Shown piece by piece: positions 56,264-64,000 of a DNA stretch of 64,000 nt. The DNA is taken from contig JACPLW010000002.1 of the NCBI GenBank assembly GCA_016186325.1, positions 66,290 through 130,289 on the forward strand, written 5' to 3'. The first letter of the stretch is position 1. Each line of letters starts with the position of its first letter. The position numbers and the translations under genes are program-made. The notes below the pieces were generated by a model. The model made no database searches. It worked only from the letters and a program-made list of their open reading frames with translations, and was not told where the DNA came from. Source of the stretch: Parcubacteria group bacterium. Lineage in GTDB: Bacteria > Patescibacteriota > Minisyncoccia > UBA10092.

Positions 56264-56488
56264 TTATTTCTTTTTGGGCTTTGAAAGAGTTTTAATACAC
56301 TGAACACAAGCCCTGACTCTTTTTTCAGATGACCCGCTTTCGCCAAGGCTTCGGCGGGCAAGCAAAAACACCCGTTGAATATTGGGATATTTCCTTTTTT
56401 TATCTGAGGGGTTATACTTACCGCGTAGTTTATTTCTCGGCGTTAAAAGCATTGAACCTTTACCGCAAATTTCACATATCTTAGCCAT
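56264..56488 (-). CDS. rpmB: 50S ribosomal protein L28
   Basis: MAKICEICGKG zinc-ribbon start and ...VRACVQCIK tail; contains an in-frame G/C hairpin insert (56331-56363) encoding RRSLGESGS. Confidence 0.75.
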   Translation of the reverse strand: MAKICEICGKGSMLLTPRNKLRGKYNPSDKKRKYPNIQRVFLLARRSLGESGSSEKRVRACVQCIKTLSKPKKK

Positions 56489-56531
56489 ATCGCTTATTTT
56501 AATGTAATTCAATACTTTTAACACAAAAACG

Positions 56532-57179
56532 ATGCCTAATCAAGTTATATTTTTTTTATATCCCCTGATTGTTTTATTATTCTCCGTTATTCTACACGAA
56601 GTGAGCCATGGTTTCTCGGCAAAACTTCAAGGTGATAATACCGCCGAAACGGCCGGCCGGCTTACTTTAAACCCCTTGCCGCATCTTGATCCTTTCGGTT
56701 CTATAATCCTGCCCCTTCTTTTGGCAATTCCGGCGTTTTTCGGGGCGCCGTCTTTTATTATCGGTTGGGCAAAGCCGGTGCCTTTTAACCCGAATAATTT
56801 AAAAAATAAAAGATGGGGGCCGGCGTTGGTGGCTTTGGCCGGCCCGTTGACCAATATAATTCTCGCGATGATCTTTGGAATTCTTATCAGATTCTCTTAT
56901 CTTATTCCGGCTTTACCGCCTTCGTTTGATATGTTCTTATCGTATATTGTTTTGATTAATTTGCTTTTGGCCATTTTTAATTTAATGCCGATTCCGCCGC
57001 TTGACGGTTCAAAAATTTTGTTTTCGGCCTTGCCGCGTCGCTGGCATAATTTTGAGACACTACTTGAACGCCAGGGATTTATTCTAATTTTGATTTTTAT
57101 CTTTTTTGGCTTTAGTCTGATTCTGCCGGTCATTTTTTCTCTTTTTAATCTAATTGCCGGCCGCCAATTCGGGTTTTAG
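56532..57179 (+). CDS. site-2 protease (peptidase M50) family membrane metalloprotease
   Basis: HEVSHG (HExxH) in the first TM helix; polytopic; 215 aa. Confidence 0.7.
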   Translation: MPNQVIFFLYPLIVLLFSVILHEVSHGFSAKLQGDNTAETAGRLTLNPLPHLDPFGSIILPLLLAIPAFFGAPSFIIGWAKPVPFNPNNLKNKRWGPALVALAGPLTNIILAMIFGILIRFSYLIPALPPSFDMFLSYIVLINLLLAIFNLMPIPPLDGSKILFSALPRRWHNFETLLERQGFILILIFIFFGFSLILPVIFSLFNLIAGRQFGF

Positions 57180-57336
57180 GGGCCTTTTGAAAAACTTGAC
57201 TTTTTGGCCTAGATCGACTAACATATAAGGACAACACGGAATCTCTGCTAAAGCGGGGATTTTTTGTTTGCCTGAAAGGTCTATTTTAAGCCAAAATTGG
57301 TTGAATATTGGCACAGTTAAGCCAAAAGTTTAAAGC

Positions 57337-57861
57337 ATGAATTCAAAAATTATGAACAAAACATTAAAATTAAGCCGCTTTTGCTTCATTAGAGCCAAAG
57401 TGCTAGCGATTATTCTGGTTTTAGCTGTGAACATTCCTGCTCATAGCGTTTCCGCGGCTTGGGATTTTAAAGGCGTAATGGCGACTATTAGCGGTAAAAA
57501 TGGTGATTATTTCAGTTCTCTTGTGGCTACCGGTGATTCGGTTATGGCGGTAAATATGTCTAAGGTGCCTAATACGATAAGAACGACTTTAACCGCCTAT
57601 TCTTCCACGCCTGACCAGACCGACGATACGCCTTTTACCACCGCTTCAAATACCATGGTTCGCGACGGCGTTATTGCTTCCAACTTTTTGGCGTTTGGCA
57701 CTAAAGTGCAGATTCCGGAAATTTTCGGCGACAAGGTGTTTACTGTTGAAGATCGGATGGCGCGCAAGCATCCCGATAAAATAGATATTTGGTTTCTTGA
57801 AAGACATTCGGCAACAAAGTTCGGCATAGTAAAAGATGCCGAAGTAATCATCTTGGATTAA
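57337..57861 (+). CDS. secreted 3D-domain protein (MltA/YocH-type cell-wall binding domain)
   Basis: Signal peptide; TLTAYSSTPDQTDDTPFTTAS...DRMARKHPDKIDIWF matches the conserved Asp pattern of the 3D domain. Confidence 0.6.
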   Translation: MNSKIMNKTLKLSRFCFIRAKVLAIILVLAVNIPAHSVSAAWDFKGVMATISGKNGDYFSSLVATGDSVMAVNMSKVPNTIRTTLTAYSSTPDQTDDTPFTTASNTMVRDGVIASNFLAFGTKVQIPEIFGDKVFTVEDRMARKHPDKIDIWFLERHSATKFGIVKDAEVIILD

Positions 57862-57932
57862 CAAAACAAAAATACTCCCATTAGGGGGTGTTTTTGTTTA
57901 TGCTGCGCACTTCGTAGCTTTAGCGAAGAAGT

Positions 57933-57952
57933 GGGCGAGGAGAGAGTCGAAA
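57933..57952 (-). other. 20-nt duplicate of the tRNA-Leu(TAA) 3' end (att-like direct repeat marking the far edge of an integrated islet)
   Basis: GGGCGAGGAGAGAGTCGAAA is identical to the plus-strand image of the tRNA-Leu(TAA) 3' acceptor/T-stem at 60778-60797; adjacent hairpin CACTTCG-TAGCTTTAG-CGAAGAAGTG. Confidence 0.6.
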
Positions 57953-58022
57953 AACTTGACACTTCGGTAGATATATTATTTAATTAAGCTAGTAACTTTA
58001 GTTCTTTTGTGGAAGGAGAATA

Positions 58023-58955
58023 ATGGTTTCGATGGGAGAACTTAGAGATCTTGCGAATCTTTCGAAACTTATTTGGAAGATGAATAGAAAACAAGAATTC
58101 GGGTTCAGCTTTAATGTAGCCGATCGTTGCCCAATAGGATGTGACTGCTATTGGCGAGCTCAGCGAAGAGTTAAGGAACTATCAGACGATCAAGTTATTA
58201 AATTCTTTAACGAAAAGAAAGAGAAGGGGTATCTCATTGTAACATTGGTGGGCGGTGAGCCATATGTTAGGCCAGAGCTTCTTGAAAAAATAACACCTAT
58301 CATACCGGCAAATTGGCTTGTCACATCTGGGACAACTCCTCTTAGAAAATTTCCCTGTACCACTCATTTCGTATCTGTTGATGGAGTAAATGCTGAAACA
58401 CACGATGCTGTGCGAAAAAGTTCGGGTCTTTATAACAGAATTATTAAGAACATCAGTAGAGCTCGCGCCGCGTGGCAAATTTTCCCAATATATATACATA
58501 CAGTTCTTAATACTAAAAACCAAAATCAGGTCAGAGAGATTCTTCGGACTTGGCTTAGTAATGGACTTGCAGATGGTGTTGTGTTTAGCACTCATACGCC
58601 CATAAAAGGAGCGGGAGACAGTACATTGCGCCTCTCAAGATTTGAGCGTATTAATATTGTTAAAGAACTTCAGAGGTGTAAAGATGAATTTGGCGATTTT
58701 CTAGTTAATACTAAGGCAATGATTCGGTTTTTACATCCTGATTTTACCGATAGTCAAAATCCAACTAAGTGTGGCACGGCACATTTTGTTCCTTCTTTTG
58801 ATGCATCTGGTGGGCGGATGAAACAGTGCATTCTTTCAGAAAAGGCTGATTGTACTCAATGCGGTTGTGTAATAACAACAATGATAGAAACCGTTAGGCA
58901 TTTCCCTCCAGATTTAAGCAGCCTTCGGAGTCTTGCAAAACTCAGGACAAATTAA
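58023..58955 (+). CDS. radical-SAM/SPASM-like Fe-S protein with a non-canonical Cys motif
   Basis: N-terminal CPIGCDCYW (Cx3CxC, not the canonical Cx3Cx2C) and C-terminal Cys cluster C...CTQCGC; codon usage slightly atypical; lies inside the tRNA-bounded islet. Confidence 0.4.
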   Translation: MVSMGELRDLANLSKLIWKMNRKQEFGFSFNVADRCPIGCDCYWRAQRRVKELSDDQVIKFFNEKKEKGYLIVTLVGGEPYVRPELLEKITPIIPANWLVTSGTTPLRKFPCTTHFVSVDGVNAETHDAVRKSSGLYNRIIKNISRARAAWQIFPIYIHTVLNTKNQNQVREILRTWLSNGLADGVVFSTHTPIKGAGDSTLRLSRFERINIVKELQRCKDEFGDFLVNTKAMIRFLHPDFTDSQNPTKCGTAHFVPSFDASGGRMKQCILSEKADCTQCGCVITTMIETVRHFPPDLSSLRSLAKLRTN

Positions 58956-59129
58956 TCAAATAAGATTTATCTATTTTGATTATGAAAAACCGTCCAGCAT
59001 TTTGGCGGTTTTATTTTATCATTGAACATTTTTTTTGTTGGCGAACCTGCCTTCGCTAAAACTCCGGTGGAATTATACAACTCCGCTCGAACATTTTTTG
59101 AAGGGAGGCCAGAATTTTTTCGCCGCCAA

Positions 59130-59756
59130 TTACTTTACCTTAAAGTAATCCGCAACGGCAGTCAAAAGGTCGTCCAGATTTTCAACAAGACGAAATGGTT
59201 TTCCGCGGAGCAAGGTTTCTGGTGTGTGAAATCCCCAAGTAATACCGATTGCTCCAACACTCATTTTTTCGGCTTCGTGCATATCGCCTAAAGTGTCAGT
59301 GATAAAAACGCAGTTTTTTGGTTCGACGTTGTATCTCTCAAAAACCATTTTCATTTTCTCAACTTTGCTTGTATGTACATCATTGCCCATGATTTGAGCA
59401 AAATGATTGGCCAAATCGTGTCTTTCCAAAAATTCTTGAATCGGGCTTGTAATCGTGGAAGAAATGACAATGAGTGTATAATTCTTTTCTAGCTCAATAA
59501 TAACGTCTTTAATTCCGGGCACGATTTGGACTTCTTTTTTCATTCTTGGAATGTATTCCGTAAAGAAATCAATATCGTGCCGACATTCTTCCGTGTGAAC
59601 ATTTATTGGTTCTTCCCAATCGTTGATGTTTCCTTCAAAACGTTTCCGATACGTATCTTCGGTTATATGAGGACAAATCATTTTCTGAATTTCAAAAGCT
59701 GGCTGGAATGAATCGGCCATGACACCGTCAAAATCAAAAAGAATGAATTTTTTCAT
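59130..59756 (-). CDS. HAD-superfamily hydrolase (phosphatase/phosphomutase-like)
   Basis: Motif I FDFDGVMADS at the N-terminus, motif III K and motif IV DT/D pattern; 208 aa. Confidence 0.75.
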   Translation of the reverse strand: MKKFILFDFDGVMADSFQPAFEIQKMICPHITEDTYRKRFEGNINDWEEPINVHTEECRHDIDFFTEYIPRMKKEVQIVPGIKDVIIELEKNYTLIVISSTITSPIQEFLERHDLANHFAQIMGNDVHTSKVEKMKMVFERYNVEPKNCVFITDTLGDMHEAEKMSVGAIGITWGFHTPETLLRGKPFRLVENLDDLLTAVADYFKVK

Positions 59757-59759
59757 AAA

Positions 59760-59978
59760 TTATTTGTCTTCATCAGCCGACACGCCAAGCGCGATTTCTT
59801 TTTTAGCCAGCCGATTTTCAAAAAATTGATAGATCTCCTCTTTAATTTTGTCCGAGATTTCCTTGATACTTTCTTCTGCTTGCTTTATCAATTTTTTGTA
59901 GTCGTCAGCAAGACGCGGATACCAGTCGTCGTGTTTTAATGTCTCATTCCATTTTTGTTCGTCAAAATATTTAGTCAT
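59760..59978 (-). CDS. small hypothetical protein (72 aa)
   Basis: ORF immediately downstream of the M15 peptidase gene with a 2-nt gap; helical and charged. Confidence 0.35.
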   Translation of the reverse strand: MTKYFDEQKWNETLKHDDWYPRLADDYKKLIKQAEESIKEISDKIKEEIYQFFENRLAKKEIALGVSADEDK

Positions 59979-59980
59979 AA

Positions 59981-60679
59981 CTATTTTCTAAATTGCCAAT
60001 GCCAAGGCTCAAACATAGCGCCTAATTTATTATTCCGCGGATATGATTGGTAAAATCCAAATTTATCGGCATTTTTCAAAAGCCAGTTGTATTCAATAGT
60101 TTTTGCAAAATCTAGCGGCTTTTCATCGTTTGGGACTCCATCAGTAGTGATAAAATCAACTGCTTGCCCTTTTGGAAAACCGTGTTCACTGTAGCCCGGT
60201 ATGGCTACGCGTTTGATAGTTTTAGAAAAGTTGAATTTGTGAAAGTTTAAATACCATAAAAAAGTTATAACTTGGTATGCTGGCGAACGATAACCAGAAT
60301 CTACTAAAAGTTTCTTTTTTATGTCTTTGAAAAGCACGCTGTTTAATTTTTTGTATGCCTCGAAAACAGGCTTCGGGAGATACTGAGTTTCGATTTTTTC
60401 TATCTTATCTTTTGACTTATATTTCTGGCCGCGTATTGCTACAAGATTTTTTGGAACACCCTGTATTCTAAGATAGCGACCCTTGAACCCAAAGATTAAA
60501 GGATTGATATCTCGAAATTTTTTTACCAAAATTTTCTCTTTATCACTGAGAAACTTAAAAAGATGCTCAAAGCCAATTATTCTTACTTCGCTATTTTTCT
60601 TTTTCTTTTCTATTTTTTCCAGAATAGAAACTATGAGTTTCTTATCTTCGGCTGATGTTGAAAATTTTGGTGTATTCAT
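59981..60679 (-). CDS. peptidase M15 (VanY-type D-alanyl-D-alanine carboxypeptidase) family protein
   Basis: Zinc-ligand motifs SEHGFPKGQAVD (SxHxxGxAxD) and EPWHWQF. Confidence 0.75.
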   Translation of the reverse strand: MNTPKFSTSAEDKKLIVSILEKIEKKKKNSEVRIIGFEHLFKFLSDKEKILVKKFRDINPLIFGFKGRYLRIQGVPKNLVAIRGQKYKSKDKIEKIETQYLPKPVFEAYKKLNSVLFKDIKKKLLVDSGYRSPAYQVITFLWYLNFHKFNFSKTIKRVAIPGYSEHGFPKGQAVDFITTDGVPNDEKPLDFAKTIEYNWLLKNADKFGFYQSYPRNNKLGAMFEPWHWQFRK

Positions 60680-60775
60680 AGTTATTTCAATAATTTATCA
60701 GCCGACACACCGAGTGCGTTAGATATTTTTTCTAGAGGTGATTTTTATGGGCGAGCCCACCTTCGCTAAAGCTTC

Positions 60776-60862
60776 GGTGGGCGAGGAGAGAGTCGAACTC
60801 TCACGAGGAATTACCCTCAAAGGATTTTAAGTCCTTCGTGTCTGCCATTCCACCACTCGCCC
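60776..60862 (-). tRNA. tRNA-Leu (anticodon TAA), type II
   Basis: Hand-folded: acceptor GGGCGAG/CTCGCCC, D-loop AATGGCAGA, anticodon stem AAGGA/TCCTT with loop CUUAAAA, variable arm GAGGGTAATTCCTC, T-arm GAGAG-TTCGACT-CTCTC, ACC after the acceptor. Confidence 0.8.
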
Positions 60863-60920
60863 GGAGTATCTTTACGACTTCGCTCGAACCTACTTTATCA
60901 GAAATTCCTGAACAAAGGAA

Positions 60921-61140
60921 GCCGCCCCGCCGCCGCTCGCTAACGCTCGCCGCCAAGCAAAATACTCTTTACGATTTCCAATTTGCGCGCGCCACCAAAA
61001 AAATTCTTCTAAAAGGAAAAGAGTATTTTGCTTGGCTCTGCTCTGAACGAGCAGGCGGCGGGGCTGGCCTCTATTTTCGCTCGGGCGCGGCGGAATTCCC
61101 CCCACACCCCCCTTCCGCCGCGCCCTCGCTTCGACGGCGA
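60921..61140. repeat. GC-rich compound palindrome (MITE-like or structured RNA) upstream of tRNA-Leu(TAA)
   Basis: Perfect 18-bp inverted repeat CCAAGCAAAATACTCTTT (60953-60970) / AAAGAGTATTTTGCTTGG (61018-61035) nested in GCCGCCCCGCCGCCGCTCG / CGAGCAGGCGGCGGGGC arms; second hairpin GGGCGCGGCGG...CCGCCGCGCCC with a C-rich loop. Confidence 0.55.
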
Positions 61141-61147
61141 AAAATTG

Positions 61148-61915
61148 CTATTGAGGAATTAACATTCCGGATTTCTCAACATGCTTTACGCCTCGATTGG
61201 TAATCATATATTTGTTATCTCTGCCCACTACAAAATCATTGTCGTGCTCAAGTTGAGTCAATGTCCTACGGACATTGGCGCGCTGATTTGGTCTTAGCCA
61301 TGAAGAAAGTTCATCAACGGTTGCCCCGCTTCTGCCTCTTTGATACAGCGTAGCTAATAATCTTTCTTTCGGTCCCCAAGACGGATTGAGTGTTTTCAAA
61401 AATCCGTCAAAGTCTTGCACAACAAGAGATTTTCTCTCAATTATGCTATCTACGATGTTTTGTGCTTCTTGCGGCGATACAGAGTGATACAATCTTACCA
61501 ATTCAGCCAAAACCCAATCGCACGCCGCAACAACAAAAGTCGCATCTTGCGGATTTGGATCAATCCCGTCTGCCAAATGAGCCGCGTCCCTTTTAGTTCT
61601 AATGTCATAAATCAAGCGTAGGGTACGCGGAATATGAAGACGGATTGATTCGGGCTGATTACCAAAAGGAATGTTTTGGAGGCGCGTGATTAGCTTTTCC
61701 GTATCCAATTGTTTACCGATTGGGGTTTGGCTTCCGAATGCGTGTATCTCTAATATCCGAAAAACCGCTTCAGCGAAGCGGCCTCCTTCAACCTCGTTGG
61801 GACGAAATTTGTTAAGATAATAGTTATTCTTGGTTTCGCCGTATGCCTCCAAAAGTTCCGAAACTATTTGTTTTGGTAATTTTTGTTCGAATCCTTGTTT
61901 GATAACTTCCAACAT
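61148..61915 (-). CDS. hypothetical protein, possible HEPN-like N-domain (R-x6-H) plus C-terminal winged-helix
   Basis: RTKRDAAHL motif in a helical N-domain; C-terminal segment GATVDELSSWL...FVVGRDNKYMITNRG looks wHTH-like; start set at the internal Met to avoid an 89-nt overlap. Confidence 0.3.
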   Translation of the reverse strand: MLEVIKQGFEQKLPKQIVSELLEAYGETKNNYYLNKFRPNEVEGGRFAEAVFRILEIHAFGSQTPIGKQLDTEKLITRLQNIPFGNQPESIRLHIPRTLRLIYDIRTKRDAAHLADGIDPNPQDATFVVAACDWVLAELVRLYHSVSPQEAQNIVDSIIERKSLVVQDFDGFLKTLNPSWGPKERLLATLYQRGRSGATVDELSSWLRPNQRANVRRTLTQLEHDNDFVVGRDNKYMITNRGVKHVEKSGMLIPQ

Positions 61916-61922
61916 ACATAAA

Positions 61923-62486
61923 TTATTTTTTCTCTTTTTTCTTCTTTCGCGGTTTCCTAGATTTAGCGCCTGCAATAAGTTTCTTAACTGACTCTTGGTC
62001 CGGCAAAGCATTTACAATATCTGCACCATGAGTGCTCAACTGATGGGTTGCTTTCCCAGTTCCTTTAGTCAAAAATTTATAACGATCCCTTGCCTTTGTA
62101 ACTACATCGGTGATATTTGAAATTTTTGGCTGCCGGGCTTCTTGGGTATTTGCCTGCGACATTTCGGCGTTTTTAAATTCTTTCCTATTTTGTTTGTATT
62201 CTCGGTAATAGGCAATCACCGCAACTCGCTGATATTCGTTCTTAGGGTTTTTGTTTTTAACAAAATCGGCCATACTCGTATCCAAGCCAGCGCTTTGGCT
62301 ACCCCCAGCGATACTTGAATCTGATTGTGGAGAATTGAGATTAGTTGGAGGGGTTAGTCCTACTTGTTTGAGTGCAAACGAAATAACATCCGGACGGTCG
62401 CTTTCGTCCAGTTTCTGGAGTTCCTTTACGATTACCTCAATCGCCTTGAGTTTCGCAGAGAGTTGTAAACTATCCTTTTTCGCCAT
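61923..62486 (-). CDS. hypothetical protein with Lys-rich C-terminal tail
   Basis: 187-aa ORF ending KSRKPRKKKKEKK; no family recognised. Confidence 0.35.
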   Translation of the reverse strand: MAKKDSLQLSAKLKAIEVIVKELQKLDESDRPDVISFALKQVGLTPPTNLNSPQSDSSIAGGSQSAGLDTSMADFVKNKNPKNEYQRVAVIAYYREYKQNRKEFKNAEMSQANTQEARQPKISNITDVVTKARDRYKFLTKGTGKATHQLSTHGADIVNALPDQESVKKLIAGAKSRKPRKKKKEKK

Positions 62487-62557
62487 ATAAGTATATCTAA
62501 TACCTATTAACCGAAAAAGTCAAACTTACCAACTATATTTTTTTTAGATAATTGTTA

Positions 62558-63724
62558 TTAGTAAGCAATTTTTTCAAAAAGTAAATCGTTGCCGTCAATA
62601 GAAAACTCAACAAACACAAGAGGACTAGACCGGCGATTGTTCGTTTGATTAAAGCGGTTGAAGCTATCAACTAATTTGCGGTAGTTATTTGTCGTTTTAT
62701 CTTCAATCTTTTTCGCTATCAATACCGGTTGAATATCGCTTTGGCGATTTGGAATATAATACTGCTCTATCCAATCCACATATCTTTGAATTTGAATAAC
62801 ATTTCTTTCGTCCGCTTCAACCGCTTTTAATTCAATCGGAATAACCACTCTTTGGTTATTTTTCATTACCGATGGCATAACATCAATTCTCTGCATACCG
62901 ACACCGCATGAAACTTCATTGCCAAGCCATTCTATTTCTGCACTATTTAGTATTGCCTCGTCCAAACTTCTGTTTTTACCCTCGCCTAGATTTTTTGTTA
63001 TATACCATTGTAAATGTGCCTCAAAAGAATTTCCGGCTTGATATTTTGCTGTCAATCGCGGCAACAAATTTATTTCTTCCTTTCGTCCAGCATACGAATT
63101 AGGCCGTCTATCGGCACAAATAATTTTTTGAGCATTTGAATCGAATGAAAGCATTTTATTCTCACAATTTAACTCCGTCCGATTATTCTTGTTTCTGATA
63201 AGCTGTGTTAGCCGTTCTGCTTCATAGATAGTAATCATTGTGTTGCCACGATTACCTTTGAGTTTTCGGTATATCAAGCTCCACAACATTTGATTTGGCG
63301 AGGTCATATTTTTAATTTCATCCAACGCTTCCCACTCCGTAACCCCCTCGGCATATACCTTGTACGGCTCAATAATGGTTCTGAAAGTTAAAGATTTTTC
63401 CAGTTCATTTTTGAGATATTGCTGTCTATCATTGTTATCCAAAAATGACCAGTTGTGTTTGGCTTTAAAAATTCCAAAAAACTTGCCTTCAAAAATTTTC
63501 TCGGAAAAATCTTGCTGTAAATAAAAAATTATCTGGTCCCCCTGCCTAACCCTACCGCCATCGGCAATCATGCCGACAAGCATATTTTCTGTAGTTGCAT
63601 GAAGCGAAGTGCTGGAATTATTGTTGAAATCAATTGTATTGTCTCTTGCTCCCGTACCAGCAAAAAGATACTCCAAGTGGAGTTTGAAGGTAGTTTTATC
63701 AACAATAAAAACATGGGTGGTCAT
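62558..63724 (-). CDS. putative restriction-endonuclease-like protein (PUA/EVE-like N-domain plus PD-(D/E)xK C-domain)
   Basis: C-terminal QRIDVM...VVIPIELK (D...E-x-K); N-terminal beta-rich domain with GDQIIFYLQ; ATGA start/stop overlap with the upstream methyltransferase-like gene. Confidence 0.4.
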   Translation of the reverse strand: MTTHVFIVDKTTFKLHLEYLFAGTGARDNTIDFNNNSSTSLHATTENMLVGMIADGGRVRQGDQIIFYLQQDFSEKIFEGKFFGIFKAKHNWSFLDNNDRQQYLKNELEKSLTFRTIIEPYKVYAEGVTEWEALDEIKNMTSPNQMLWSLIYRKLKGNRGNTMITIYEAERLTQLIRNKNNRTELNCENKMLSFDSNAQKIICADRRPNSYAGRKEEINLLPRLTAKYQAGNSFEAHLQWYITKNLGEGKNRSLDEAILNSAEIEWLGNEVSCGVGMQRIDVMPSVMKNNQRVVIPIELKAVEADERNVIQIQRYVDWIEQYYIPNRQSDIQPVLIAKKIEDKTTNNYRKLVDSFNRFNQTNNRRSSPLVFVEFSIDGNDLLFEKIAY

Positions 63725-64000
63725 ATTGTTTTTTTGAAAACCAAAATGTATTCGTGCTTAAAAATATAAAAACCGCCAACAAGCGCGCGGTATCTCCATA
63801 AATTTTCCTGATTCAATTTTGCGCGATTGTTCGCCATATTTTTTACTAAAATACTTTTTAATTTCAGTCCCTTTCCGCGCTTGAGCGTTTCTTGCATGAG
63901 ATAAAAACCGAGTGGCACCCATTCGCTATTTGTGTATTTATCCCCGATCACAATTCCCAAATAGCGATTTCTGTCTAACAGATCGGTAAAGTTTTCTATC
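63721..64000 (-). CDS. 3' end of a gene continuing beyond the window; C-terminal peptide resembles the N6/N4 DNA-methyltransferase motif hE-ilvf-K
   Basis: Frame is open to the window edge; ...NLWRYRALVGGFYIFKHEYILVFKKTI* resembles the post-DPPY segment of beta-class amino-methyltransferases, but it ends before any FxGSG motif, so it may be truncated or misassigned. Confidence 0.3.
   Translation of the reverse strand, partial: IENFTDLLDRNRYLGIVIGDKYTNSEWVPLGFYLMQETLKRGKGLKLKSILVKNMANNRAKLNQENLWRYRALVGGFYIFKHEYILVFKKTI

Noticed and set aside
60838-61203. 121-aa plus-strand ORF and overlapping 71-aa minus ORF
   Set aside because: Run through the GC-rich compound palindrome and overlap tRNA-Leu(TAA); Arg/Pro/Ala-rich junk typical of GC repeats
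1-64000. rRNA genes
   Set aside because: No 16S/23S/5S-like conserved stretches seen; the only stable RNAs supported are three tRNAs and one tRNA fragment

Overview
This AT-rich (~38-40% GC) chromosomal window looks like a Candidate Phyla Radiation / Patescibacteria-type bacterial genome centred on the replication origin: rpmH-rnpA-yidC-jag on the minus strand, dnaA-dnaN on the plus strand, and DnaA-box-like 9-mers in the dnaA-dnaN spacer. The first 12 kb is a monoderm-style type IV secretion / mating-pair-formation-like block on the plus strand. It contains a VirB6/TrbL-like polytopic membrane protein, a PrgI/VirB3-like protein, a VirB4 ATPase split into two ORFs, a VirB2/TrbC-like pilin candidate, secreted and membrane proteins, and a TolB-like beta-propeller. 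No coupling protein or relaxase is seen in the window. The rest is mostly information-processing and division genes: mrcA, tyrS, ruvC, yebC, ruvB, polA, mutM, holA, rpsT, ruvA, parAB, rel, topA, pth, lepB, hisS, rpsU, ybeY, ftsA, ftsZ, ndk and rpmB, plus natural-competence genes (pilB/gspE-type ATPase, dprA, and comEC split into competence and metallo-beta-lactamase ORFs). Three tRNAs are called by hand on the minus strand: Leu-CAA, Pro-GGG and Leu-TAA. Three non-gene signals stand out. First, five copies of a 12-13 bp long-range inverted-repeat pair, CCCGTTAGAAAT ... about 70-75 bp of AT-rich spacer ... ATTTCTAACGGG, each abutting a start or stop codon, two of them with compensatory arm changes. 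Second, families of short GC-rich palindromic elements inserted in-frame into essential genes (virB4, holA, polA, pth, topA, rpmB), reminiscent of Rickettsia palindromic elements; the polA copy has flanking 13-bp direct repeats. Third, tRNA-associated foreign DNA: a ~57% GC orphan gene and a decayed homing-endonuclease-like gene at tRNA-Leu(CAA); a ~2.8 kb islet bounded by tRNA-Leu(TAA) and a 20-nt duplicate of its 3' end, carrying a radical-SAM-like protein, a HAD hydrolase and an M15 peptidase; and a downstream block with an HEPN-like/wHTH protein, a PD-(D/E)xK nuclease and a partial methyltransferase-like gene. No rRNA or CRISPR array is present. Everything is inferred by eye from the sequence and the ORF track, with no database searches.
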